Assembly: GCA_013824645.1 (NCBI GenBank)
Contig: PNOF01000006.1
Location: 6,029-70,028, forward strand
Reading direction: 5' to 3'
DNA from: Syntrophus sp. (in: bacteria)
Lineage (GTDB): Bacteria > Desulfobacterota > Syntrophorhabdia > Syntrophorhabdales > Syntrophorhabdaceae
DNA length: 64,000 nt
In this document: piece after piece, positions 9,423-17,572 of the stretch
Layout of the letters: each line of letters begins with the position of its first letter
How positions within the stretch are numbered: position 1 is the first letter of the stretch
Translations under genes and position numbers: made by a program
The notes under the pieces: generated by a model
Told to the model about the DNA's origin: nothing
The model's database searches: none
The model's input: only the letters and a program-made list of their open reading frames with translations

Positions 9423-11025
9423 TATTTTCCTCCCGTTCTATCGGAACACTATTCGGTTGATCACCTTCAATGGGCAGTGTGAAAATAAATCTGTTTCCGG
9501 TTTCCGCCAGAGGTCCCGGCTCTGCCCATATTTTTCCACCATGGGCTTCAATAATACCCTTGCAAATTGAAAGGCCCAATCCTGTTCCTGTCATGTGTTT
9601 TGAAGAGTGCAGGCGATAAAACTTGTCGAAAATCCGAAGATGATCACCGGCAGGAATAGGAGAACCAGAATCTCCAATCTCTACCCTCAGTTCCCCTTGG
9701 GTTATTGAAACCGTAATGGAGATATTGCTCTCAGGGGGAGAGTATTTCGTTGCATTTTCAAGAAGGTTGATCAATACCTGCTCGATCAATGAAAAATCAA
9801 CCCTGATCAACTGGACCTCCGTGGGGACCTCTATGTACAAACGGTCTTCTGGCAACATGTCCCGGACCTCCTTAAGCGCCACGCCAACAATATCAGAGAT
9901 GTCGCACCATTCCCGGTTCGGCTCCAGTATGCCGCTTTCCAGACGGGCCATATCGAGGAGATTTGCTACAAAACGGTTCATACGAAGAGCGCCCTCCCGT
10001 ATCGTTCCAAGGAGGGTCGTCCTTGACTCGGCATTGTAGAGGTCGCCTGCAGATAAAAGTTCAGTGACAGCACCCGTTATAGATGCCAGAGGGGTCCTCA
10101 AATCGTGTGAAACAGAATTGAGTAAGGCCCGGTGAAGCTTTTCCGATTCGGCAAGCCATTTTGCCTGCTCCGCCTCTATGGCAAGGTGCATACGGGTAAT
10201 GGCCAGAGCCGTGAGATTCGCAAGGGCCTCCAGATCTTTGTGCTCTTCTTCTGAGAAAACCTGCCGGGAAGCAGGCTGTAAAACCAGGACGGCCAGGCAG
10301 GTCTCTCTGTTATGAACAGGGATGAAGAGGCGGTCAATACCGTCCCCCCTATCGTTTCTGCTGACCGCAACCTGTCGCAGTTCAAAGACCCATTGTAATA
10401 GGTCCCTCTCTCTTTCAGTGAGCGAAAAGTCCTCCGTTGTCGAGTAAGCGCTGCTTACCGGAAGGGCCTCGTGTGGTCCGGGCATAAAAAGAGCAACATC
10501 TCTTTTCGTGCTCTGTGCAACGGTTTTTACCACTGTCTGCAGGACCCGACTCAAGTCGGTTTCGGCTGTGATCTTGTCGCTGAGAGAATAGAGGGCTGCT
10601 GTTCTTCGCTCCCGTTCCCGGGATGCTTCCGCCTGGGAACGTAACCTCGCAGCAAGTGTCCCCGTCACAAAGGCCACAACCAAAAAGACCCCAAAGCTGA
10701 AAAGATGGCGGACATCACCGACAGTAAAACTCATGACAGGAGGCACAAAGAAAAAGTCAAAACAAAGCATGCCGAGAACTGACGCAGTGAGAGAGGGCCA
10801 CAATCCCCACCGCACAGCGCTTATAAGCACCGGCAGAAGATAAAGAAGGGCTACATCTATGAGATCAAAAGCAGGTCTTAGGCCTGTAATTATGGCTGTA
10901 ACAATGAAAATGGCGACCATCGTCCACAGGTACGGCGCCAGAACCTTGAAAAGAGAGCGCGATGTGTGGTTGTTTTTGTTTCTCTTTGAATGTACGTATC
11001 TTGCCTCTATCGGTTCAGCGCTCAT
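9412..11025 (-). CDS. kdpD: KdpD-like sensor histidine kinase lacking the N-terminal KdpD/Usp sensor half
   Basis: 537 aa. Starts directly with the 4-TM DUF4118-like segment (LAPYLWTMVAIFIV...), then a GAF-like region, HisKA (LLNSVSHDLRTPL) and HATPase_c (DSGSPIP...GTGLGLSICKGI). Confidence 0.8.
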   Translation of the reverse strand: MSAEPIEARYVHSKRNKNNHTSRSLFKVLAPYLWTMVAIFIVTAIITGLRPAFDLIDVALLYLLPVLISAVRWGLWPSLTASVLGMLCFDFFFVPPVMSFTVGDVRHLFSFGVFLVVAFVTGTLAARLRSQAEASRERERRTAALYSLSDKITAETDLSRVLQTVVKTVAQSTKRDVALFMPGPHEALPVSSAYSTTEDFSLTERERDLLQWVFELRQVAVSRNDRGDGIDRLFIPVHNRETCLAVLVLQPASRQVFSEEEHKDLEALANLTALAITRMHLAIEAEQAKWLAESEKLHRALLNSVSHDLRTPLASITGAVTELLSAGDLYNAESRTTLLGTIREGALRMNRFVANLLDMARLESGILEPNREWCDISDIVGVALKEVRDMLPEDRLYIEVPTEVQLIRVDFSLIEQVLINLLENATKYSPPESNISITVSITQGELRVEIGDSGSPIPAGDHLRIFDKFYRLHSSKHMTGTGLGLSICKGIIEAHGGKIWAEPGPLAETGNRFIFTLPIEGDQPNSVPIEREENSGP

Positions 11026-11992
11026 CGGTTAAATGTCCATACATTAACTCTTTACCATTGCCATCCGGCTTCTCCTCGTTCACGCCTTCACCGCTCACCG
11101 TGGTCAAGTTCTTCTGTTGTTCCCAAAAAAGACTGTCGAGCCTTAATCTATGCACAATCTCCGGTTCATCGGGGTTGACAAGCTTCACATATAACTCAGG
11201 GGGTCCCTTGGGAGGCATTGAGACGATCCAGCTTGCGAGGGTCCGTATTTTACCGGGCAAAGCACCCACCCTCCACAACGCTCCACCTGCTCCACCATTC
11301 GTGTCATTGCTAAAACGTATGAAATCCTTCAGCGTGAAGGGGGTGGCCTGTTCGGTCATAAGCTGGTTAATGCGATTAAGCCTCATGAAACTGCTGCTGC
11401 TCAACCGCTCATTGGCCCTGAAAAGTTTATTATCGGTATAGTGGTTGGTAAAAGCAAGGACGCCTTTTTCTTTCGTTGTCACCGATATTTTGCCGCCTGG
11501 CGCTACCTCAATAGAAGCAACACTTGAGGCATCGCCTATAATGTAGATGGCGGGATGGCTCTTTCGAAAAATATCCCTCTCGGCAAGAAGGCTCTTCACC
11601 GAATCAAAGGAGGTTAAAAGCCTCTCGGTCAGGTCTTCGGTCGCCACATGGCGTTTTTTCGCGGGGACGCTATTTGCTGACGCATTGACAACAACGAGCC
11701 CTTTTTCATTAATGCCCGCCGTCACATACCCGTCAGCCTCAATATCAAAGATGCCGAAAAAACCAAAACCCTTCTCGGGAAAAACCGCCTTCAATATGGT
11801 ATAAAGGTGAGGCAGGTTATCCCTGTTCTTTGCAATGATACTCCCTTTCTCCTTGACACTCTCCCCTGTCGCCGCCCAGATAGTGCATGCATGGGCCGAT
11901 GAAAAAAAGGCGAAACTGAATAATATGAACGTTGGAAAGAATAGATAATTTCTTATTTTTTTCACCTCTGATGTCCCCTTCCAGTATACCAT
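11015..11992 (-). CDS. secreted Ntn-hydrolase (C45 peptidase / choloylglycine-hydrolase-like)
   Basis: 325 aa. The signal peptide ends ...FSSAHA and is directly followed by CTIWAA, the N-terminal nucleophile Cys typical of this superfamily. Overlaps the kdpD-like start by 11 nt. Confidence 0.7.
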   Translation of the reverse strand: MVYWKGTSEVKKIRNYLFFPTFILFSFAFFSSAHACTIWAATGESVKEKGSIIAKNRDNLPHLYTILKAVFPEKGFGFFGIFDIEADGYVTAGINEKGLVVVNASANSVPAKKRHVATEDLTERLLTSFDSVKSLLAERDIFRKSHPAIYIIGDASSVASIEVAPGGKISVTTKEKGVLAFTNHYTDNKLFRANERLSSSSFMRLNRINQLMTEQATPFTLKDFIRFSNDTNGGAGGALWRVGALPGKIRTLASWIVSMPPKGPPELYVKLVNPDEPEIVHRLRLDSLFWEQQKNLTTVSGEGVNEEKPDGNGKELMYGHLTDER

Positions 11993-12130
11993 AATTCCCC
12001 GATCAGCTTCCTGATACTTTTTTTGTGGCAGGCCAATGGCATGGACACATACTCAACACAAAAAATGCGGTGCAGTGGAGCACAAAATTATCTGTTGCTA
12101 TGATATCCGATATCTCTTACAATTAATATT

Positions 12131-13846
12131 ATGTCAAAAAAGGACCCGGATGCCCATCTTGGAGACCTTCTGCTTGAGCAGCGTCTCGTCACCAGGGAAC
12201 AGCTCGATAAGGCCCTTGAGGCCCAGCAGAACGACGGGGGGCGTCTTGGCGAAGTGCTTGTCAGGAAGGGACTCATCAGTGAAGACAATGTAGCTTTTGC
12301 CCTTTCCGAACAGTTTAATGTACCCCTCTTGTCATCCAAAACAGGGGGTATCCAACCCGCTGAAGGCCAGCACCTGGAAAAACTTATATCAAAACAATTC
12401 GCGCTGCGCAACACCATGATACCTCTATCGCGGGATGGGAATACCCTCACCTGTGTTATGTTCGATCCCCTCGATTTTATGCTCATCGATGAACTTCGTA
12501 AGATAACGCGTTTGGAAATTATTCCCGTCGTTGCAACAAAATCAGACATTGTGAAGGCCATTGAAGAATTCTACGGCGGCCTCGAGATGACCAAAAAAGA
12601 AACCGGCAAACATCATACTATAGGCAAGGTTGACCTCAAGGCTGGCGAGAATGGCGAGGAATCGCTCAGTATCGACAATATTATTACCCGTGCAACAGCA
12701 GCTCCCGTCGTAAAACTTGTTGACCTCATGCTCTGGCAGGCCATTAACAAACGGGCCTCGGACATCCACATTGAACCCTTTGAAGACCGTTTTTCTTTGA
12801 GATACCGCGTGGACGGAAAGCTTTATGAAATAACGCCCCCGCCAAAACACCTTTATCTGCCTATAGTTTCCCGTATTAAAATCCTTGCTAAGCTGGACAT
12901 CGCAGAGCGACGGCTTCCCCAGGACGGCGCATTCATGGTAAAGCTTGAAGACCGGAGCATTGATCTTCGGGTATCCGTTATTCCCACGATCTATGGCGAA
13001 AAGGTCGTCATGAGAATTCTCGACAGAAGCGGCGTTCTCATGGAACTGGGTGATATGGGTTTCGAACCCGATGATCTTGAAAAATTGAGGAAAGCCATAC
13101 TCAGCCCATACGGCCTTGTATTTCTCACAGGACCTACCGGTAGCGGCAAATCGACAACCCTTTATGCGATCCTTCAGGAAATTAAGTCTTCGGAAAAAAA
13201 TATCCTCACCGTAGAAGACCCCGTTGAGTACAGGCTCGACGGAATCAACCAGGTCCAGGTAAAACCCGAGATCGGCCTCACCTTTGCCAATGCCCTGAGA
13301 AGCTTTCTCCGTCAGGACCCCGACATCATGCTCGTCGGTGAAGTGAGAGACCTGGAAACTGCCGAGATATGTGTCCGTTCCGCATTGACAGGACATCTTG
13401 TAATGAGTACACTCCATACCAACGACGCTCCATCCGCCGTGACAAGGCTCATCGATATCGGTTTGGAGTCATATTTGCTGGCCCCGACGCTCCTCGTTGT
13501 TGTCGGACAGCGGCTCGTACGGAGACTCTGCCCCGAATGTAAAGAAGCATACAAGCCTACCCTTAAGGAACTGGGAAATGTCCGACTCAATGCCGATGTC
13601 ATCTACAAACCGGTAGGTTGTCCTGTCTGCGGGAATACGGGGTATAAAGGAAGAATTCTCATCGCCGAGGTAATGCCCACTTCACAGGAGATAAAGGAAA
13701 CAATGGCCCGTGGCGTGTCCTACCACCAGATGCGCGACCTCGCCAGAAAGCTCGGTATGACAACCCTCTACGAATCGGGCTTGAAAAAGGTGGAACAGGG
13801 CATCACGAGCTTGGAAGAAGTCCTCTCAGTCACACTTGGCATTTAA
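12131..13846 (+). CDS. GspE/PilB/MshE-family secretion ATPase with MshEN-type N-domain
   Basis: 571 aa. Walker A GPTGSGKSTT, Asp box, Walker B ILVGEVRD, His box TGHLVMSTLHTN, tetracysteine CPECK...CPVCGNTG. The N-terminus has two 24-residue RLGxxLLxxGLI....L...L..Q repeats. Confidence 0.9.
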   Translation: MSKKDPDAHLGDLLLEQRLVTREQLDKALEAQQNDGGRLGEVLVRKGLISEDNVAFALSEQFNVPLLSSKTGGIQPAEGQHLEKLISKQFALRNTMIPLSRDGNTLTCVMFDPLDFMLIDELRKITRLEIIPVVATKSDIVKAIEEFYGGLEMTKKETGKHHTIGKVDLKAGENGEESLSIDNIITRATAAPVVKLVDLMLWQAINKRASDIHIEPFEDRFSLRYRVDGKLYEITPPPKHLYLPIVSRIKILAKLDIAERRLPQDGAFMVKLEDRSIDLRVSVIPTIYGEKVVMRILDRSGVLMELGDMGFEPDDLEKLRKAILSPYGLVFLTGPTGSGKSTTLYAILQEIKSSEKNILTVEDPVEYRLDGINQVQVKPEIGLTFANALRSFLRQDPDIMLVGEVRDLETAEICVRSALTGHLVMSTLHTNDAPSAVTRLIDIGLESYLLAPTLLVVVGQRLVRRLCPECKEAYKPTLKELGNVRLNADVIYKPVGCPVCGNTGYKGRILIAEVMPTSQEIKETMARGVSYHQMRDLARKLGMTTLYESGLKKVEQGITSLEEVLSVTLGI

Positions 13847-13919
13847 ATTATCGCACATCTTACATGATCAACACATTTTTAGTTCATTGTTGTCCCTTTT
13901 AGCGTATAATTAAGGAGAA

Positions 13920-14468
13920 ATGTTTAGAAAGAGGAAAAGAAGGAATAATACAGCAAACGGACCTCGTACAGACTCTCCGCCGTCAGCTCCTACAACTAAT
14001 TCCTCTGCCCCTCCTCCCACCACTGTCGGAGTCCATCGTGAAATAAAGGCCCCTCCCCCTTTGACTGACGCTTTTAAAGGCGCCATCGAGAAGGCGGCCG
14101 ACAGGGCAAAAAGCGAACTGGCTTCTCAGGGAAAGCTAAAGTCAACAGCGTTTTTTGTGCATGCAGACGGTACAATGAAGATGGTATCCCTCTTACTCAG
14201 GGATGCGCATCAGAAAGAAGCCCTTATCCGGAGAATACGGGAGAAGGTATTAGCAGAGAAAGCTTTTGCCGTTATGACACTAACCGAAATCAACCATGAG
14301 CGACAAGGTATGGTGCTGTCAGGAATTACCCTTGGTGCGAGGGCCTCAGCCCGTGTAGACTATATTTATGATAACCAGACAAAGACCGTTACTTCATGGA
14401 AGATAAGTTGGCTCAACCAGCCCGTTCAGAATGTCTTCCTTGACGGTATTTTCGACAAGACAAATTAA
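13920..14468 (+). CDS. hypothetical protein with basic/Pro-rich N-terminus
   Basis: 182 aa ORF with AAGGAG upstream. No family recognised. Confidence 0.5.
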   Translation: MFRKRKRRNNTANGPRTDSPPSAPTTNSSAPPPTTVGVHREIKAPPPLTDAFKGAIEKAADRAKSELASQGKLKSTAFFVHADGTMKMVSLLLRDAHQKEALIRRIREKVLAEKAFAVMTLTEINHERQGMVLSGITLGARASARVDYIYDNQTKTVTSWKISWLNQPVQNVFLDGIFDKTN

Positions 14469-14658
14469 AAGCTTCGTTAGAATAAACCCTGTTTTTACCT
14501 TCCCGAAAATAATCTGCGGCAAGACCCCCATGGGGATTCATTCATAATAAAGTCATCTTAATTTATCTAAGAGTAGCGGTTTGAAGGTAATCGAGTAACC
14601 CTAATAAATCTTTCTATTCCCGTTCGGGCCTGCGGTTTTGTTGGGAAGATTCTGAGGG

Positions 14659-15600
14659 TTACATTGCCCGTTGTGTCGCTCCAATATTCCCGTTGGTATT
14701 TTGCAGACCAAGTTCTGCAAGGCTTCCCTGGAAATGCGTCCGGAGTCTCTTTACGATCCTGATTTCTACCTGTCTTACCCGTTCCCGTGAAATCCGGCAG
14801 CTGTCTCCTATCTCCTGAAGTGACATCGGTTCGTCTGCTACAACACGGTTGTTGAATATATATAGGTCTCTGTCGTCCAGTGTGGCCTTGAACTTTTTCA
14901 ACTTTTTTGAAAATATCACCGATTCATACCGTGCGGAAACTATCTCCTCAACATCATCGTCAGAGCTCATTCTATCCATAAGTGTCTCATCACTTCCTTC
15001 ATATATAGGGACATCAAGGGCTATGTCTGTATGGGAAAGCCTTTTCTCCATATCCTCCACTTCCCATTCTTTCAGGCCAAAATTGCTTGCAAGGAGTTTT
15101 GGTGTGGGATCAATCCCCAAGGACTCAAGTCTCCGTTTTTCACTATTTAATCCATAGAAAAGTTTTCTCTGAGCTTGAGTAGTCCCTGTCTTGACAAGAC
15201 TCCAGGAATCCATGAGGAACTTCAGGATATAGGCCTTGATCCATAATGCCGCATAACTGGAGAATTTTGTCCCTTTATAAGGATTATACTTCTTTACCGC
15301 ATGAAGGAGGCCAACATTGCCTTCCTGTATGAGATCGAGGGTGTTGTGGTATGTGTTGTGATATCTCATGGCGATTTTGACTACAATCTTGAGATTTGAC
15401 ACGGTAAGCTTCTGGGCTGCATCCATATCCTGATGATCGAAGACAAGCCGGGATATCTTCTGTTCTTCTTCCCTCGTTAATACCGGATACCTCCGTATCT
15501 CGGCAAGGTATTTTTTAAATGGGTCAAACTGAAGGGATAAATCCTTGCCTTCAGTTGATTCTGGCTCTTTAACGTCGTAATAATTTGTCCTCTCCAACAT
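14659..15600 (-). CDS. rpoH: RNA polymerase sigma-32 (heat-shock sigma factor)
   Basis: 313 aa. Region 2 has NLKIVVKIAMRY...DLIQEGNVGLLHAVKKYNP...FSSYAALWIKAYI, followed by the RpoH-box-like QAQRKLFYGL, and region 4 has SLQEIGDSCRISRERVRQVE. Confidence 0.85.
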   Translation of the reverse strand: MLERTNYYDVKEPESTEGKDLSLQFDPFKKYLAEIRRYPVLTREEEQKISRLVFDHQDMDAAQKLTVSNLKIVVKIAMRYHNTYHNTLDLIQEGNVGLLHAVKKYNPYKGTKFSSYAALWIKAYILKFLMDSWSLVKTGTTQAQRKLFYGLNSEKRRLESLGIDPTPKLLASNFGLKEWEVEDMEKRLSHTDIALDVPIYEGSDETLMDRMSSDDDVEEIVSARYESVIFSKKLKKFKATLDDRDLYIFNNRVVADEPMSLQEIGDSCRISRERVRQVEIRIVKRLRTHFQGSLAELGLQNTNGNIGATQRAM

Positions 15601-16090
15601 ATTGACATCCCTCCCATAATTTTGGTTTTATTAATAGTCGAAGAAAGGACAGTTTCATTTTGTTCATCATTTTACACCTCCGTGTACGGTACAAACAACA
15701 AGCTGTCCTGACTTACCAACATAGGCCCGATGTTATAACTTCCTTATTTATAATACGGTAAACGCTCTCTCGTGTATGTCACAGAACCATCAATTATTTT
15801 GTAGCGCTTTCGCCGGCGCGTCTGTCGTCATTTTTGCTACAGTGATTGGACCGGTAGGAAACAAGAACTGCAAAGATATACAGCCCATTGCTTGGTGCTG
15901 ATATCGTAGATGGTCGGTAATTAAAACTAGGAATGAGGGGCAGTTTTTATAGGGGTTTTATCAGAACATAGTCCTGAACCTATTCGCACGAGTACAAGTG
16001 CCACCTGCTCGACAGCAATTACCATTGGAAGTGTAGCGTGTGAGTCTGTAGCAAAAAAACAACAGCTCAGGAAAACATCAAGTACTGGTA

Positions 16091-16156
16091 TATCAACGCT
16101 CGGCATAAGCGGGAGTGGCCCAGCAGGGACACGATCCGCTTATGCCGTTGTTAGGT
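16091..16156 (-). repeat. attC-like recombination site (minus-strand orientation)
   Basis: Read on the minus strand: ACCTAAC (a perfect RYYYAAC inverse core that contains the ORF stop codon), a 12-bp perfect stem GGCATAAGCGG.../...CCGCTTATGCC around a 23-nt loop, a 3-4 nt asymmetric spacer, then GTTGATA. Confidence 0.55.
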
Positions 16157-16774
16157 CCTCTTTCCAAACGCCTTGCCAATCCTTTTGATAATATAGTTGA
16201 GATTCAGCCCGATGCCGAAGATGTTGGGCTTCAACTCCAAAGCTTCTGTGTCGTCAACCGATAACCCGCTTTTCCGGCCCTCGGATTTGCTCCCAACATA
16301 GGTTTTCAATCGGGGGATAACGTTATGAAGATCAGAGTAATTGACAATCTCGTCCCTAGTATCACCATAGATACGGTCGAGCAGTGGGCGCATTGTTTCG
16401 TCTCGGAGGTCCTTTACGATATGGTCGTTTTTAAACTGCACGCATGTTTGTTCGTGGTAGTCACTTCTTTCGACCATTTGAGAGATAATCTCCACATGGG
16501 CTTCCGTAACGCCTGAAGGGATTTCGCTTAACAGGTGGTGGTAGTCGCCCAAGAAACGCGCGAACAGGTCGCCGGAGAATAGTATGAAGTCCAACACTTC
16601 ATCGGCATGGTCTAACTTTTCTCCATTCGCCACGACCTGCAACCTATAGTCTTCAAGTTTGCGGCACAGTTCCTGTGTAGATTCCTTCCATTCCGACAAA
16701 TGCTGGCAAATATCTTCAAGAGGAACACCTGTGTAATCAGTGCCACATCGATATGCCGATCTCACTCTTGTCAT
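16151..16774 (-). CDS. hypothetical protein carried on a putative gene cassette
   Basis: 207 aa, the only ORF in the 2-kb rpoH-purB gap. Mostly helical and acidic, with a short Gly/hydrophobic C-terminal tail LKPNIFGIGLNLNYIIKRIGKAFGKR. No family recognised. Confidence 0.6.
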   Translation of the reverse strand: MTRVRSAYRCGTDYTGVPLEDICQHLSEWKESTQELCRKLEDYRLQVVANGEKLDHADEVLDFILFSGDLFARFLGDYHHLLSEIPSGVTEAHVEIISQMVERSDYHEQTCVQFKNDHIVKDLRDETMRPLLDRIYGDTRDEIVNYSDLHNVIPRLKTYVGSKSEGRKSGLSVDDTEALELKPNIFGIGLNLNYIIKRIGKAFGKRT

Positions 16775-17336
16775 CGTCCATCCTGACCTAACATTTAATA
16801 TGCCAACATATCTTTTTCCTCGTAAATCCTATAACAGTTAGGAATAAGCAAGAAATAAGGATAAAGGCATTGCCTAATATTATCAAGTTGTTCCATTTTC
16901 AACAGACCATACTTAAACGGGTTTTACCAATAATAAACAGCAAAAACCAAATATGGTTTTTTATGGGATAATGTGCAAAAAGCCACGCCTCATTAACCCA
17001 AGGCTTAACTGGACAATCTTCTTTATCCCATGCTTCATACATTTCTAGTGAGATTCCCCCTCGCTGAATCTATTTTCCCGCAATTATGATTTGATTTCAA
17101 GAGAAATAATGTGGTGATTATAGCTCCACGTTCGCTTTGTGTAATACCAGCGAATGTTGGTAGAAATCTTCACGGCTTAGAAAGACCTGCCTGTTGCGTC
17201 TTACTGGAAGATGCATGTTGCCGCCAACACACTCTCGGATGTATTGCAAGACATGAAGCTTCGCTCCGCGAAGCGCAAGCCAATTGAATACTCCTTGACT
17301 ATTCCGAAATTCCCGGTCGGGAATTTCGGGTGGAGT

Positions 17337-17474
17337 GGCCGCTGGCTTGGAGGGGAAAGAGTCAGATGCGATGGGCTGACGTGGCTCGTTGACCGAGGGC
17401 TATACTTATGTATGCCCGAGGACACGAGGCGCGGCAGCGCGCGCATATGGACTTTCCCCTCCAAGCCAGCGGCC
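17337..17474. repeat. 138-bp element bounded by 23-bp perfect inverted repeats (nature unknown)
   Basis: GGCCGCTGGCTTGGAGGGGAAAG (17337-17359) is the exact reverse complement of 17452-17474. The 92-nt GC-rich interior has further small stems. It is preceded by perfect hairpins at 17258-17274 and 17304-17329. Confidence 0.85.
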
Positions 17475-17572
17475 GAACACCATACAAGAACTCAACGCAA
17501 GTAAATAAGGTTAAAAGAACGCTATTCTCGAATTGACAATAAACCTGTCATCAGGTTATAAATAAACCTGTT

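Noticed and set aside
12542-13417. 291-aa minus-strand ORF, with similar long antisense ORFs at 21120-21914, 35560-36156, 37064-37693, 45944-46582, 52258-52983, 53178-53996, 57896-58393 and 59489-60256.
   Set aside because: Each lies entirely antisense to a gene with unmistakable family motifs (GspE ATPase, CoaBC, ALDH, CoA ligase, Rex, NuoF, HydA, GltD-like). Their translations have no recognisable motifs and odd composition. They are shadow ORFs of moderately GC-rich coding DNA.
16786-16843. CCTAAC ... GTTAGG (minus strand) 58 nt apart, upstream of the solitary cassette, as a possible second attC or attI.
   Set aside because: The intervening AT-rich sequence does not form a global hairpin; only a local ATATG-TTGG-CATAT stem is present. 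The evidence is insufficient.
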